Source of the DNA: a virus
Lineage: Duplodnaviria > Caudoviricetes
Direction: 5' to 3' (one strand)
Length of the DNA stretch: 31,629 bases
IMG/VR virus record: IMGVR_UViG_3300023053_000018
Coordinates: 1 to 31,629 of that record
Position 1 is the first letter of the stretch. Each line of letters starts with the position of its first letter. The position numbers were made by a program, and so were the translations under genes. The notes under the pieces were generated by a model. That model was not told the origin of the DNA and searched no databases. It was given only the letters and a program-made list of their open reading frames with translations. Of this stretch, positions 24,335-31,577 are shown piece after piece.

Positions 24335-24696
24335 GGTGCCTGCCTCTGTTCGTTGATGAAGGTCTGCTGGGCTATCAGCTCGTCGTCCGAACCGAATGCC
24401 TCGTGAAACTTCTTGGACCAGTGCAGCGGCGGCCCCCACCGGTCCACCATCTGCTGCTGGGTCATGTGCTCGTGTCGATAGCGCTGGTGATGCCACTGGC
24501 ACAGCGCGTACCCGAAGAAGTGGCCTCGCCGGATGTTTCCGGACTTGGCGTGGTTGTATTCGCAGCCGTAGACAACGTGGTGCTGGGCCATCAGGCCTTC
24601 CGAGAACCGAACCAGACAGGCCATGCACGGGCCGGTCTTGGCGAGCTCGATCCGCGCGGCCTCGGCCTTTGTCGGCGGCGGTGCGCTGGACCACAT
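24331..24696 (-). CDS. Ref-like / HNH-type Zn nuclease
   Basis: CMAC, EYNH, ALCQWHH and FHEAFGSDDEL motifs. Confidence 0.75.
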   Translation of the reverse strand: MWSSAPPPTKAEAARIELAKTGPCMACLVRFSEGLMAQHHVVYGCEYNHAKSGNIRRGHFFGYALCQWHHQRYRHEHMTQQQMVDRWGPPLHWSKKFHEAFGSDDELIAQQTFINEQRQAP

Positions 24697-24926
24697 CAGC
24701 GCGCGCCCCCCTTCTGGTCCTTGTCCGCCAGCCGCCAGCCGTGCTGCCAGGCCAGGGCCTTGTCATCCAGCGGCTGCACCTTGCGCGGCTCCAGTTCGTC
24801 CTGGGTGTCCACCCACACCATGTGCGGGTTGGTGCTGAGGCCGGCGCCGTCCAACCGGGCCGAGTACCCGGCGTTGATCTGGGCGGCGTACTTGCTGCGG
24901 TTGCTGAAGGCTGAAAAGTCAGTCAC
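24696..24926 (-). CDS. Rmf/CrpP-fold small protein
   Basis: GTG start with AAGGAG RBS; GYSARLDG...NPH...AWQHGW pattern. Confidence 0.6.
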   Translation of the reverse strand: MTDFSAFSNRSKYAAQINAGYSARLDGAGLSTNPHMVWVDTQDELEPRKVQPLDDKALAWQHGWRLADKDQKGGAR

Positions 24927-25176
24927 GTGTGGCTCCTTTTGATCGTGCTCTGCGGTGACGCGGCGCGCGAGACAGTCGCCGGGCCTCGCGTTCAAGGCGT
25001 TTCGCCTCCGCCGTGTAATGTTCGTGGCGCTCTTTTCGGATGACCGGGCTGAACTGGTGTTGCTTCAGCGCCTCGTCTGCCGAGTCGCGGTAGGCCTGGG
25101 CCAGCTTCCGCAGCGCCGGCCCCTGCAGGCGCGGGTCGTGTTTGAAGATGTCCAGCTGGTTGTTGTCCGAGCGCAT
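24919..25176 (-). CDS. Hypothetical protein (MRSDNNQLDIF...)
   Basis: TGATG-coupled start; 85 aa, basic helical. Confidence 0.7.
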   Translation of the reverse strand: MRSDNNQLDIFKHDPRLQGPALRKLAQAYRDSADEALKQHQFSPVIRKERHEHYTAEAKRLEREARRLSRAPRHRRARSKGATRD

Positions 25177-25829
25177 CAGGCGGCCAGCTCCCGTGCCAGT
25201 TCCTCCAGACGGGCCAAGATCTTCGCGTTGGCGCCCGGGGAGGCCTCGACCTTCCCAGCCAGCAGGGCCACCGGGTTGAAGGCCGGCGTCGCCGCGGTCA
25301 GCTGCAGGTGGTCGCTCACCTGGTCGTGCGCCAGCAGCCCCTTGCTCACCGCATCCGTGAGAGCCGCGTTGCGGCTGGTGAGGTCGAAGCCCAGCGACGG
25401 GGTGTAGCTGGCCGGCAGGCGCGCAGCCCGCGCATCCTTCAGCAGACGGCCGTAGGTCTCGAGGAACGCGGGCCGGGCGGCGATCTTGTCGCCGGCCTGC
25501 AGCAACGGCAGCGCGGTATTCCATGCCTGCTGGGTGAGCGTCGTCCAGACCACGGTGTTGCGCTCGTCGGCCGCCTGGATGGCCACGGCCCATGCTTCGT
25601 TCGGGGCCGGGTGGCCGTCGTCGATGCGCTCCAACACTGCGGCGAGGGACAGCCGACCCTTCAGTTCCCGGCGGCACCCGGCCAGCGCGCGCTCCAGCAA
25701 CGCCATCGAGTAGCAGGACAGGTCTTGCACCATGTAGGCCGCTGCAGTCGGGCGCAGCTGGTCACCAATCACCTCGGCCGTGGCCATCAGGCCCTTGACC
25801 AGGTCTTCCTGCTCGCGGTCAGACAGCAT
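25176..25829 (-). CDS. Putative helicase loader/inhibitor (P-position replication protein)
   Basis: Follows initiator; start MLSDREQ with GGAGG RBS; PAPNEAWA motif. Confidence 0.6.
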   Translation of the reverse strand: MLSDREQEDLVKGLMATAEVIGDQLRPTAAAYMVQDLSCYSMALLERALAGCRRELKGRLSLAAVLERIDDGHPAPNEAWAVAIQAADERNTVVWTTLTQQAWNTALPLLQAGDKIAARPAFLETYGRLLKDARAARLPASYTPSLGFDLTSRNAALTDAVSKGLLAHDQVSDHLQLTAATPAFNPVALLAGKVEASPGANAKILARLEELARELAA

Positions 25830-26706
25830 TGGTCGGCCTCCGGCTGCGCAGAAGCTCAATCGCTTCATCGGCGGCGCTCAGGTTCGACTGGGTCTGGTCC
25901 GTGTGCCGGGCGCTGGTCTCGGTGACCTGGCGGTTCGTCGCCCACTGCGTCCGGTATGCCTCGGCCCCGGCCAGCAGCACGCCCAGGTCGTGCATCCGCT
26001 TCACGGCGTACTGCTCGTTGACGCTCAGGAACCAGCCGGCCACCTGCGGCGCCTCTTCCCGGCCCAGCCGCTTCACCAGGTCCCGCACGTTCGTGTTGAC
26101 CTTGGCATTGCGCACCGGGTCCACGCCGTGCCGCAGGCGGTAGGCCGTGCGGTAGGCAGCCCACGTCTGCTTGCAGGCCTCCTGCATCTGCGCTTCAAGG
26201 TCCGCCTTCGACAGCGGCGCGGCCAGCGCCGGAACTGGCGGTTCTTCTGACGGTTCAATGGGGGTTATATGACGGTTAGGCGGCAGGGGGCGCACCTCCA
26301 GACCTGCGCCCGGTGCCTCACCCCCTGCACCGGGCGCATCCCCGGGTGCAGCGGGCGCACCCCCTGCATGGGGCGCAGCCCCTGCGCCCGGTGCAGTACC
26401 CGATTTCTTGGCCTTTCGCTTCGCCTTTGTGCCAGCGGCCGAAGCGTCAAACTTCGCCGGAGTCACCGAATACACGTTGCTGCTGTTGAAGCGCCGCTCA
26501 CGGCTCAGCAGCCCCACGGCTTCCAGGTGATCCATGGCGGTGCGGACTGCCCGCTCAGACATGCAGCAGCGCTTGGCGATCGTGCCGATAGCCGGCCAGC
26601 AAACGCCGTCGTCGTTGGCCTGATCGGCCAGGGAGATGAGTACAGCCTTCTGGGTGACGCTCAGGCTCTGCAGCGGCCAGCACTGGCTCATGATGATCGT
26701 GGACAT
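25819..26706 (-). CDS. Replication initiator with N-terminal HTH_36 domain
   Basis: KAVLISLADQANDDGVCWPAIGTIAKRCCMSERAV; central iteron-encoded G/A/P linker. Confidence 0.88.
   Translation of the reverse strand: MSTIIMSQCWPLQSLSVTQKAVLISLADQANDDGVCWPAIGTIAKRCCMSERAVRTAMDHLEAVGLLSRERRFNSSNVYSVTPAKFDASAAGTKAKRKAKKSGTAPGAGAAPHAGGAPAAPGDAPGAGGEAPGAGLEVRPLPPNRHITPIEPSEEPPVPALAAPLSKADLEAQMQEACKQTWAAYRTAYRLRHGVDPVRNAKVNTNVRDLVKRLGREEAPQVAGWFLSVNEQYAVKRMHDLGVLLAGAEAYRTQWATNRQVTETSARHTDQTQSNLSAADEAIELLRSRRPTNAV
26282..26395. repeat. Six iteron-like TGCR-N5-YGCA units (putative replication origin)
   Basis: Units start at 26282, 26305, 26326, 26347, 26365, 26383 (two have one mismatch); adjacent less GC-rich tract with two AACCGTCA copies (about 26240-26280). 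Confidence 0.75.
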
Positions 26707-26709
26707 GGT

Positions 26710-27021
26710 TCAGACCGCCAAGGTGTAGTTGTCGCCGGGGGCCACTGGCCACCAGGTGCATGCGCTGCGGCCACTCACTGCGCACGGCTTCTTCGGGCCA
26801 CGCCATGCGCGGCCGTCTTCCAGCAGCTCCGGCAGGCGGCGCGCGAGCATGTAGCGGTCGTGGCCGGTGGCCTTGGCCAGTTCCATGCTCGTCAGGCCGG
26901 GGTGCGCCTTGATCGCGCTGGCAGCACGGTCCTGCTGGGCGGCCTGCAGGCCGCTGGACACCACGTGCGCGGCAGCCTGATGGCTGGTGCTGATATCGGT
27001 GGAACGGGCCAGATGGCTCAT
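26710..27021 (-). CDS. Small winged-helix DNA-binding protein
   Basis: ARSTD..TSHQAA and HPGLTSMELA...RRLPEL patterns; ATGA-coupled. Confidence 0.7.
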   Translation of the reverse strand: MSHLARSTDISTSHQAAAHVVSSGLQAAQQDRAASAIKAHPGLTSMELAKATGHDRYMLARRLPELLEDGRAWRGPKKPCAVSGRSACTWWPVAPGDNYTLAV

Positions 27022-27560
27022 CGGGTCGCCCTCTTCGGCTGCTTGCCCTTCGCCGCAGCACGCGCCACGTTCCGCTCCAAGCGGTGCGCCATGGTCCGCA
27101 GCGCGCGTGCCTCGCTCACCATCAGTGCCGCTTCGTCGCTGTCGATGTGCCGGTCAGCAATCGCGTCCAAGGTGGTTCCGGACAGGCGCCCCATCCGGGT
27201 GGTGATCTCCAGCAACTTCAGCTGCACAGCACCGATCTCGTCGGCCCAGCCGCCCTCCGGCGCCGGCGGCACAACGTCCACGGCCATGCCGAAGCGGCCG
27301 GCCAGCGCCTGCATCCACTCCAAGGCGTACTCGCCGCCGCCGGCCTTCTCCTGCATCCACTCGGTCAGCAGCTCGGCGATCTCGATCGATACCGACTCAC
27401 CCTCCAGGCCGCGCAGCTTTGCGCGCAGCGTCTCCGGGTGCATGGTCTTGCCGCGGCGATCAGCCAGGAACGCGGCCGCGTCGGCCACGCCGCCGGGCGT
27501 CTTGCGCACGGAGTTGTAGAGGACGTCGATCCAGTTGAGGGCAGAGGTGCGGCAGGTAAT
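27018..27560 (-). CDS. CII-like regulatory protein, apparent ATT start
   Basis: Position between cro and replication genes; PGGVADAA...TLRAKL HTH pattern; AAGGTGA RBS followed by ATT ACC TGC. Confidence 0.65.
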   Translation of the reverse strand: MTCRTSALNWIDVLYNSVRKTPGGVADAAAFLADRRGKTMHPETLRAKLRGLEGESVSIEIAELLTEWMQEKAGGGEYALEWMQALAGRFGMAVDVVPPAPEGGWADEIGAVQLKLLEITTRMGRLSGTTLDAIADRHIDSDEAALMVSEARALRTMAHRLERNVARAAAKGKQPKRATR

Positions 27561-27658
27561 GGGTTCACCTTGGGAGGGCTGGTGTTTCAAGGTTTCGGGA
27601 CTGGCCCAGGTGGCGCAGGATTCGCGCCATGGACAACAACTACTCAGGGAAGGAAGGC

Positions 27659-27716
27659 GTCGCCCGCCTTGCGTTACGCTGGAAGTGCGAACAACACAGC
27701 CCGCAAGGAGGGCGAC
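27659..27716. promoter_or_regulatory. 14/15-bp inverted repeat covering the RBS of the antisense gene
   Basis: GTCGCCCGCCTTGCG (27659-73) pairs with CGCAAGGAGGGCGAC (27702-16); TACGCT -10-like hexamer in the loop. Confidence 0.7.
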
Positions 27717-27998
27717 ATGGACGATGGTTTGGAGATGGCATTCGAAGGGATCGCAGACGCGATCAGGGGCTTGCAGGCTGGACAGATCGCGCAGACCAGG
27801 GTTCTGAGAGCCCTCATTGCGTCGCATCCCGACCCGGACGCGATGCGAGCCGCCTGGCTGCGCTATTCCTCTGTATCCGCAAGCGACGCAGCAACTGCGA
27901 AGGTGCTGGACCCTCAGCGCTCGGCAATCCACGAAGCGAACGAACAGGCGATTGCGGATTGGTCGCAGCGCGTGGCGCAAGATCTTCGGCGGCCCTGA
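27717..27998 (+). CDS. Antisense-oriented hypothetical protein (moron candidate), 93 aa
   Basis: Strong AAGGAGG RBS before ATG; amphipathic helical sequence MDDGLEMAFEGIADAIRG... Confidence 0.75.
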   Translation: MDDGLEMAFEGIADAIRGLQAGQIAQTRVLRALIASHPDPDAMRAAWLRYSSVSASDAATAKVLDPQRSAIHEANEQAIADWSQRVAQDLRRP

Positions 27999-28194
27999 CC
28001 TCGTCGGGCGTCATGACGGTGGCGCCGGCCAGTGCCGCGCGCCACCACTCCTGGACTTCCCTCACCTGCTCTTCGGTAATGGTCCACTGGATACCGGCGT
28101 CACCGCTGAATGCGGGCGCGGGCGACGAGATCTGCGGCGCTGGCCCTACGGACAGCAGCGAACGCAGCCAACTCGGTAGGTTCAGCGCGCGCAT
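27814..28194 (-). CDS. Hypothetical protein downstream of cro
   Basis: ATG 1 nt after cro stop with GGAGG RBS; 3' part overlaps the antisense gene. Confidence 0.55.
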   Translation of the reverse strand: MRALNLPSWLRSLLSVGPAPQISSPAPAFSGDAGIQWTITEEQVREVQEWWRAALAGATVMTPDEVRAAEDLAPRAATNPQSPVRSLRGLPSAEGPAPSQLLRRLRIQRNSAARRLASRPGRDATQ

Positions 28195-28195
28195 C

Positions 28196-28684
28196 TCAGG
28201 CAGCCTCCACGTTGATGATTCGGTCAGCGTCCGGGTCGCTCGGTACGGCCTCGGCGGCCGGCTGCTCTTCCTGGACGCCCAGCAGCCGCAGCACCTGCGG
28301 CAGCGCCGGGACGCCCTGCTCTTCCGGCCAGGCCTCTACCTGCTCAACCGGCAGCCTCAGCAGCTTCGCCAGCGGAGCGTCGGTCTTGAAGCCGAACTTC
28401 GACCGCAGCGCGCGCTTGCTCATCCGGCTGTCGACCAGCGGGCCGATCACAGCGCGCGGCGTCTGCACGACGTCTTCCGGCTCGGGCCAGATGTCCGGCC
28501 TAAGTTCATGCAGAGATACAGCGCCGCCGCTCTCCACATGCAGCAGGCGGACCAGGCCGCCGTCGAACCGCTGCCCTTTGCTGAGCGCCTTGCGCAGGTA
28601 GCCAATGGAAGTGCGAGCGCGGGCCGCGTACTGCGCCTGCTGCGGCGGGCTCAACGTGGAAAGGTAGGTGCGTAGGGTCTCCAT
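28196..28684 (-). CDS. cro: Cro/YdaS-family repressor with a second HTH-like domain
   Basis: Divergent from cI; GGAVSLHELRPDIW motif; start METLRTYL. Confidence 0.85.
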   Translation of the reverse strand: METLRTYLSTLSPPQQAQYAARARTSIGYLRKALSKGQRFDGGLVRLLHVESGGAVSLHELRPDIWPEPEDVVQTPRAVIGPLVDSRMSKRALRSKFGFKTDAPLAKLLRLPVEQVEAWPEEQGVPALPQVLRLLGVQEEQPAAEAVPSDPDADRIINVEAA

Positions 28685-28691
28685 GCCCCAA

Positions 28692-28720
28692 ACAATACCC
28701 GCAGGTAAGCCCTCAATCAA
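28692..28720 (-). promoter_or_regulatory. PR promoter
   Basis: TTGATT-17 nt-TATTGT, 7 nt before cro ATG; operator in spacer. Confidence 0.8.
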
Positions 28721-28747
28721 TACCTGCAGGCAATTTACTTGCAGGTA
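28696..28747. promoter_or_regulatory. Right operators OR1-OR3
   Basis: TACCCGCAGGTA (28696), TACCTGCAGGCA (28721), TACTTGCAGGTA (28736): TACC-N4-GGTA palindrome. Confidence 0.9.
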
Positions 28748-28762
28748 ATGGAATCGTGGAAT
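28734..28762 (+). promoter_or_regulatory. PRM-like promoter
   Basis: TTTACT-17 nt-TGGAAT, 6 nt before cI ATG, overlapping OR3. Confidence 0.5.
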
Positions 28763-28768
28763 ACACGG

Positions 28769-29440
28769 ATGGATAAATACGAACAGCGCCGGGCCCATCT
28801 AAAGGCATTGGCTGACGACCTGGGCCGCGGCGGTGTTGCGGCAATTGCCGCAAAAATCGGCAAAGACGCCAGCTACGTCTCACGCATGCTCTACGAACCT
28901 GGCAAGGCCGGGCGCAAGCGCATTGGCGAGGACACCTTGGCAACACTTGCCCATGCGTTCCCGGATCACTTCGGCGATGGCCGCTCCGTCTCACCCGTCT
29001 TAGCGACTGAGACCCCACCCGGTTACGTTCGCTTCCATCTGCTCGAAGGAGCAGCCGGAATGGGGGTAGGAGTGGTGAATCAGGATTTCCCTGAAGTGAT
29101 GCAAGTGATGGAGGTTGCTGAGTGGGAGGTCCGGCGCAAGCTGGGCTTCCTGCCCCGCCCAGGGCAGATTCAGATCATCACGGGGCGCGGCCCTTCGATG
29201 AGGCCAAAGATCGAGGACGGCGACATTGTGTGGATCGACACGGCAGTCGACTACTTCGATGGCGACGACTACTACCTGATCAGCTATGACGGCGAGACGC
29301 AGATCAAGATGCTCCAGAAGCGGGTAGATGGCATGTACGTCGTCAGCGCCAATCCGGACTTCAAAGAATGGCGGTGCGAGCCGGACGAGCTTTCCATCCA
29401 GGGGCGCGCGCTCGTACACGCTGGTTTCAGGCGTTTTTGA
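28769..29440 (+). CDS. cI: CI-like repressor (HTH plus S24 autopeptidase)
   Basis: HTH AIAAKIGKDASYVSRML; AGMG cleavage site; GPSMRP Ser and IKML Lys. Confidence 0.95.
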   Translation: MDKYEQRRAHLKALADDLGRGGVAAIAAKIGKDASYVSRMLYEPGKAGRKRIGEDTLATLAHAFPDHFGDGRSVSPVLATETPPGYVRFHLLEGAAGMGVGVVNQDFPEVMQVMEVAEWEVRRKLGFLPRPGQIQIITGRGPSMRPKIEDGDIVWIDTAVDYFDGDDYYLISYDGETQIKMLQKRVDGMYVVSANPDFKEWRCEPDELSIQGRALVHAGFRRF

Positions 29441-29452
29441 CAGGGGAAGTTG

Positions 29453-29974
29453 ATGAGCATCGTCGTTCGATTAGGGATGCTGGCTGTGGCGGGTTTGCTG
29501 CCCATGGTGGCGGCCGCCGCCGACCTCACTGATGAACAGCGCACGCTGGTGCAGGTGTTCGATGCACCCGGCCACGACAAGGCTGCGATCTACACCGCAG
29601 GGCGACAGTGGATTGCCGAGAACTTCAAGTCGGCCAAGGCAGTGATCGAGTACGAGAGCAAGGATGACGCGACCATCATCGGCAATGGCAACATCAACTA
29701 CCCCTGCGCGAGCGCGTGGGAGTGCCTTGGAAAGCCCGATTGGACGGTTCCCTTCACCATGCGGCTTGAGGCGAAGGACGAGCGTTTCAGGCTGACCTTC
29801 AGCAACATTCGGCTGCACTGGCCGGCAAAGATCAACGCAGGCATACGGCAACCAGAGTTCGACGGCCCGGTTCGGAGCGCGAAGGACATGGACAAGATCC
29901 GCCCGAAGCTGTTGATGTTCGGGGATCAGATCAATGCGTCGCTCGTGAACCAGAAGGCCGGCGACAACTGGTGA
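29453..29974 (+). CDS. Exported DUF4468-like protein downstream of cI
   Basis: Signal peptide ending AAAA-D; IYTAGRQWIAENFKSAKAVIEYESKDDATIIGNG pattern. Confidence 0.75.
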   Translation: MSIVVRLGMLAVAGLLPMVAAAADLTDEQRTLVQVFDAPGHDKAAIYTAGRQWIAENFKSAKAVIEYESKDDATIIGNGNINYPCASAWECLGKPDWTVPFTMRLEAKDERFRLTFSNIRLHWPAKINAGIRQPEFDGPVRSAKDMDKIRPKLLMFGDQINASLVNQKAGDNW

Positions 29975-30010
29975 CCTGACAGGGCAGCCAAGCCCTCCTC
30001 CATCGCGCCC

Positions 30011-30241
30011 CTACAGGGGGCGCTCTTCTTGGATGATGCGCGCCTGGGCGGCAGCGCGTTGCTCGGCCAGTATCTCTGCGCTGAGCTGGTTGTTTGTTCT
30101 TACCTCGCGGATCAGATCGTTGAGCAGTGGCTTGATGCCGAAGACGGCGAACGGAACAAAGATCCAGAGGATGGCCAGGACCGCTCCGAGCCCAAAGATC
30201 AACAGCATCGCCAATCCGTACCCCATTTCGAACCCACTCAT
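30011..30241 (-). CDS. Small membrane protein (moron candidate), 76 aa
   Basis: GGAGGTGG RBS; long hydrophobic N-terminus then coiled coil. Confidence 0.75.
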   Translation of the reverse strand: MSGFEMGYGLAMLLIFGLGAVLAILWIFVPFAVFGIKPLLNDLIREVRTNNQLSAEILAEQRAAAQARIIQEERPL

Positions 30242-30270
30242 GTGACCACCTCCATGTGTTGTTTCGAGGA

Positions 30271-30299
30271 ACGCTAGCAGCAAGCACCGTCGCGGTAAA
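30271..30299 (-). promoter_or_regulatory. Putative promoter for small membrane protein
   Basis: TTTACC-17 nt-TAGCGT with extended -10 TG. Confidence 0.45.
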
Positions 30300-30375
30300 T
30301 CCAACGGCATAGCAGGCCGCAGGTTATGGCTCGTCGCCGCCATGGCCTTCCATTACCCGCGCGCGAGAATTTCCT

Positions 30376-30416
30376 TACCCTCGGGTATTGACACAAGACA
30401 TACCCGCAGGTAATTT
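30376..30416 (+). promoter_or_regulatory. PL promoter with operators OL1/OL2
   Basis: TTGACA (30388)-17 nt-TAATTT; TACCCTCGGGTA (30376) and TACCCGCAGGTA (30401), 25 bp apart like OR1/OR2. Confidence 0.92.
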
Positions 30417-30467
30417 TACTTCGTCGCCCCAGTAACAGCCCATCCGGGCCGGGGCACGGAGACTTCC

Positions 30468-30719
30468 ATGGCTTCCATCACCGTCAGCGCGCGCGCCATC
30501 CCCGTCGTGGAAGCGCGCCCCAACACCGGAAGCATCGTCATCAAGGTTGGCGAAGCCACCGTCAGCCTCGCACCCGACGAGGTCGCCCAGCTCTGCCAGG
30601 ACCTGTCCCGCGCCTGCCTCCGGGTGCGCCGCACGGCCAACGCCCGGCGTGGAATGGTGCCCGCCGGCCGCATCGAGATCTGCCGCGGCAACGCCGACCT
30701 GGGCGAGGTGCAGGCATGA
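30468..30719 (+). CDS. Early-left hypothetical protein
   Basis: GGAGA RBS; first gene after PL; ATGA-coupled to next. Confidence 0.75.
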   Translation: MASITVSARAIPVVEARPNTGSIVIKVGEATVSLAPDEVAQLCQDLSRACLRVRRTANARRGMVPAGRIEICRGNADLGEVQA

Positions 30720-30952
30720 GCGCCGTCATCCTCCAGTTCCCCACCAACACCGCCCAGCGTGCCAACGGCGCCGGCCTGGCCGTGGCGATCGCTGCCCGCC
30801 GCATGGGCTATCGCCCGCACCACATCGCCCGTGCCGCTGCCCTCGCCCGCCGCGAGGTGCTAGACGGCCACAAGAGCGCTGCCCGCGCCGTCGCCGACAT
30901 GACCCGTGACCTGGCGCACGGCGCCCGCAACCACACCCCGGGTGCCGCATGA
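30716..30952 (+). CDS. Early-left hypothetical protein
   Basis: GAGGTG RBS; ATGA overlaps at both ends. Confidence 0.75.
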   Translation: MSAVILQFPTNTAQRANGAGLAVAIAARRMGYRPHHIARAAALARREVLDGHKSAARAVADMTRDLAHGARNHTPGAA

Positions 30953-31446
30953 GCTACTACAAGACGAACGATCCGGCCGTCCTGGCCGCATACCAATCCC
31001 TGAAAGCGCAGACCGCCGTCTTGAGGCAGCAGGCAAAGATCTTCGGCGACCGCTTCGGCGGTGAGGGGCTGGTGTACTTCTCTGCCAGCAGCCGTCGGTT
31101 TGCTGGCGTTCGGTTCCTGCACCAGCAACCACTGGATATCTGGACCGCCTGGGACAAGGATGGCATGCAGCGCCCGCGACGGAAGGCCAAGGCCGGCACT
31201 CCTCAGGATCGACGTGATGCGCTCAAGGAATTGATCGCGGAGTGGGAGGCGAATGCACCCACCGAGCTGGTGCCGATGGACCCGTTCTTTCAGTCCGTAG
31301 GCACGGATTGGGGCAACGTCATGTTCAACGGCGCCAGCTGGTTCCAGCGCGGCGAATGGATCTACTTCAAGACCGGGCTGAAGCTCACCGCCCAAGAGAT
31401 TCTGGGCAGCGAGTTCGAGGCAGCAGAAAAGGCGGAGGCGGCATGA
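30949..31446 (+). CDS. Early-left hypothetical protein
   Basis: ATGA overlaps at both ends; globular composition. Confidence 0.8.
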   Translation: MSYYKTNDPAVLAAYQSLKAQTAVLRQQAKIFGDRFGGEGLVYFSASSRRFAGVRFLHQQPLDIWTAWDKDGMQRPRRKAKAGTPQDRRDALKELIAEWEANAPTELVPMDPFFQSVGTDWGNVMFNGASWFQRGEWIYFKTGLKLTAQEILGSEFEAAEKAEAA

Positions 31447-31577
31447 GTGGCGTCGACTTCGCCTTCGGCCTGATCGTCGGCTTCGCCGCCGGCGCCATCG
31501 TGGCCACCGCCTGGCTGCAGCGCCGCCACGACGAGCACTTCGCCGCCCTGATGGAGCAGATCCGATGCGCGGGCTGA
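31443..31577 (+). CDS. Small single-TM protein, 44 aa
   Basis: GGAGG RBS, ATGA overlap; FAFGLIVGFAAGAIVATAWL. Confidence 0.7.
   Translation: MSGVDFAFGLIVGFAAGAIVATAWLQRRHDEHFAALMEQIRCAG

Noticed and set aside
26282-26395. Short repeats as a CRISPR-like array
   Set aside because: Units are 13 bp with 5-10 bp gaps inside a CDS; iterons explain them, and there are no cas genes.
27561-27980. Long N-terminal extension of the cII-like ORF from the ORF track
   Set aside because: Runs antisense through the 93-aa gene and hairpin, no RBS, non-protein-like composition.
28988-29013. GTCTCA-N14-TGAGAC palindrome in the cI linker
   Set aside because: Single 6-bp-arm occurrence, unrelated to the operator consensus; insufficient support.
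30354-30365. Third left operator TACCCGCGCGCG
   Set aside because: Only the left half-site matches; not called.
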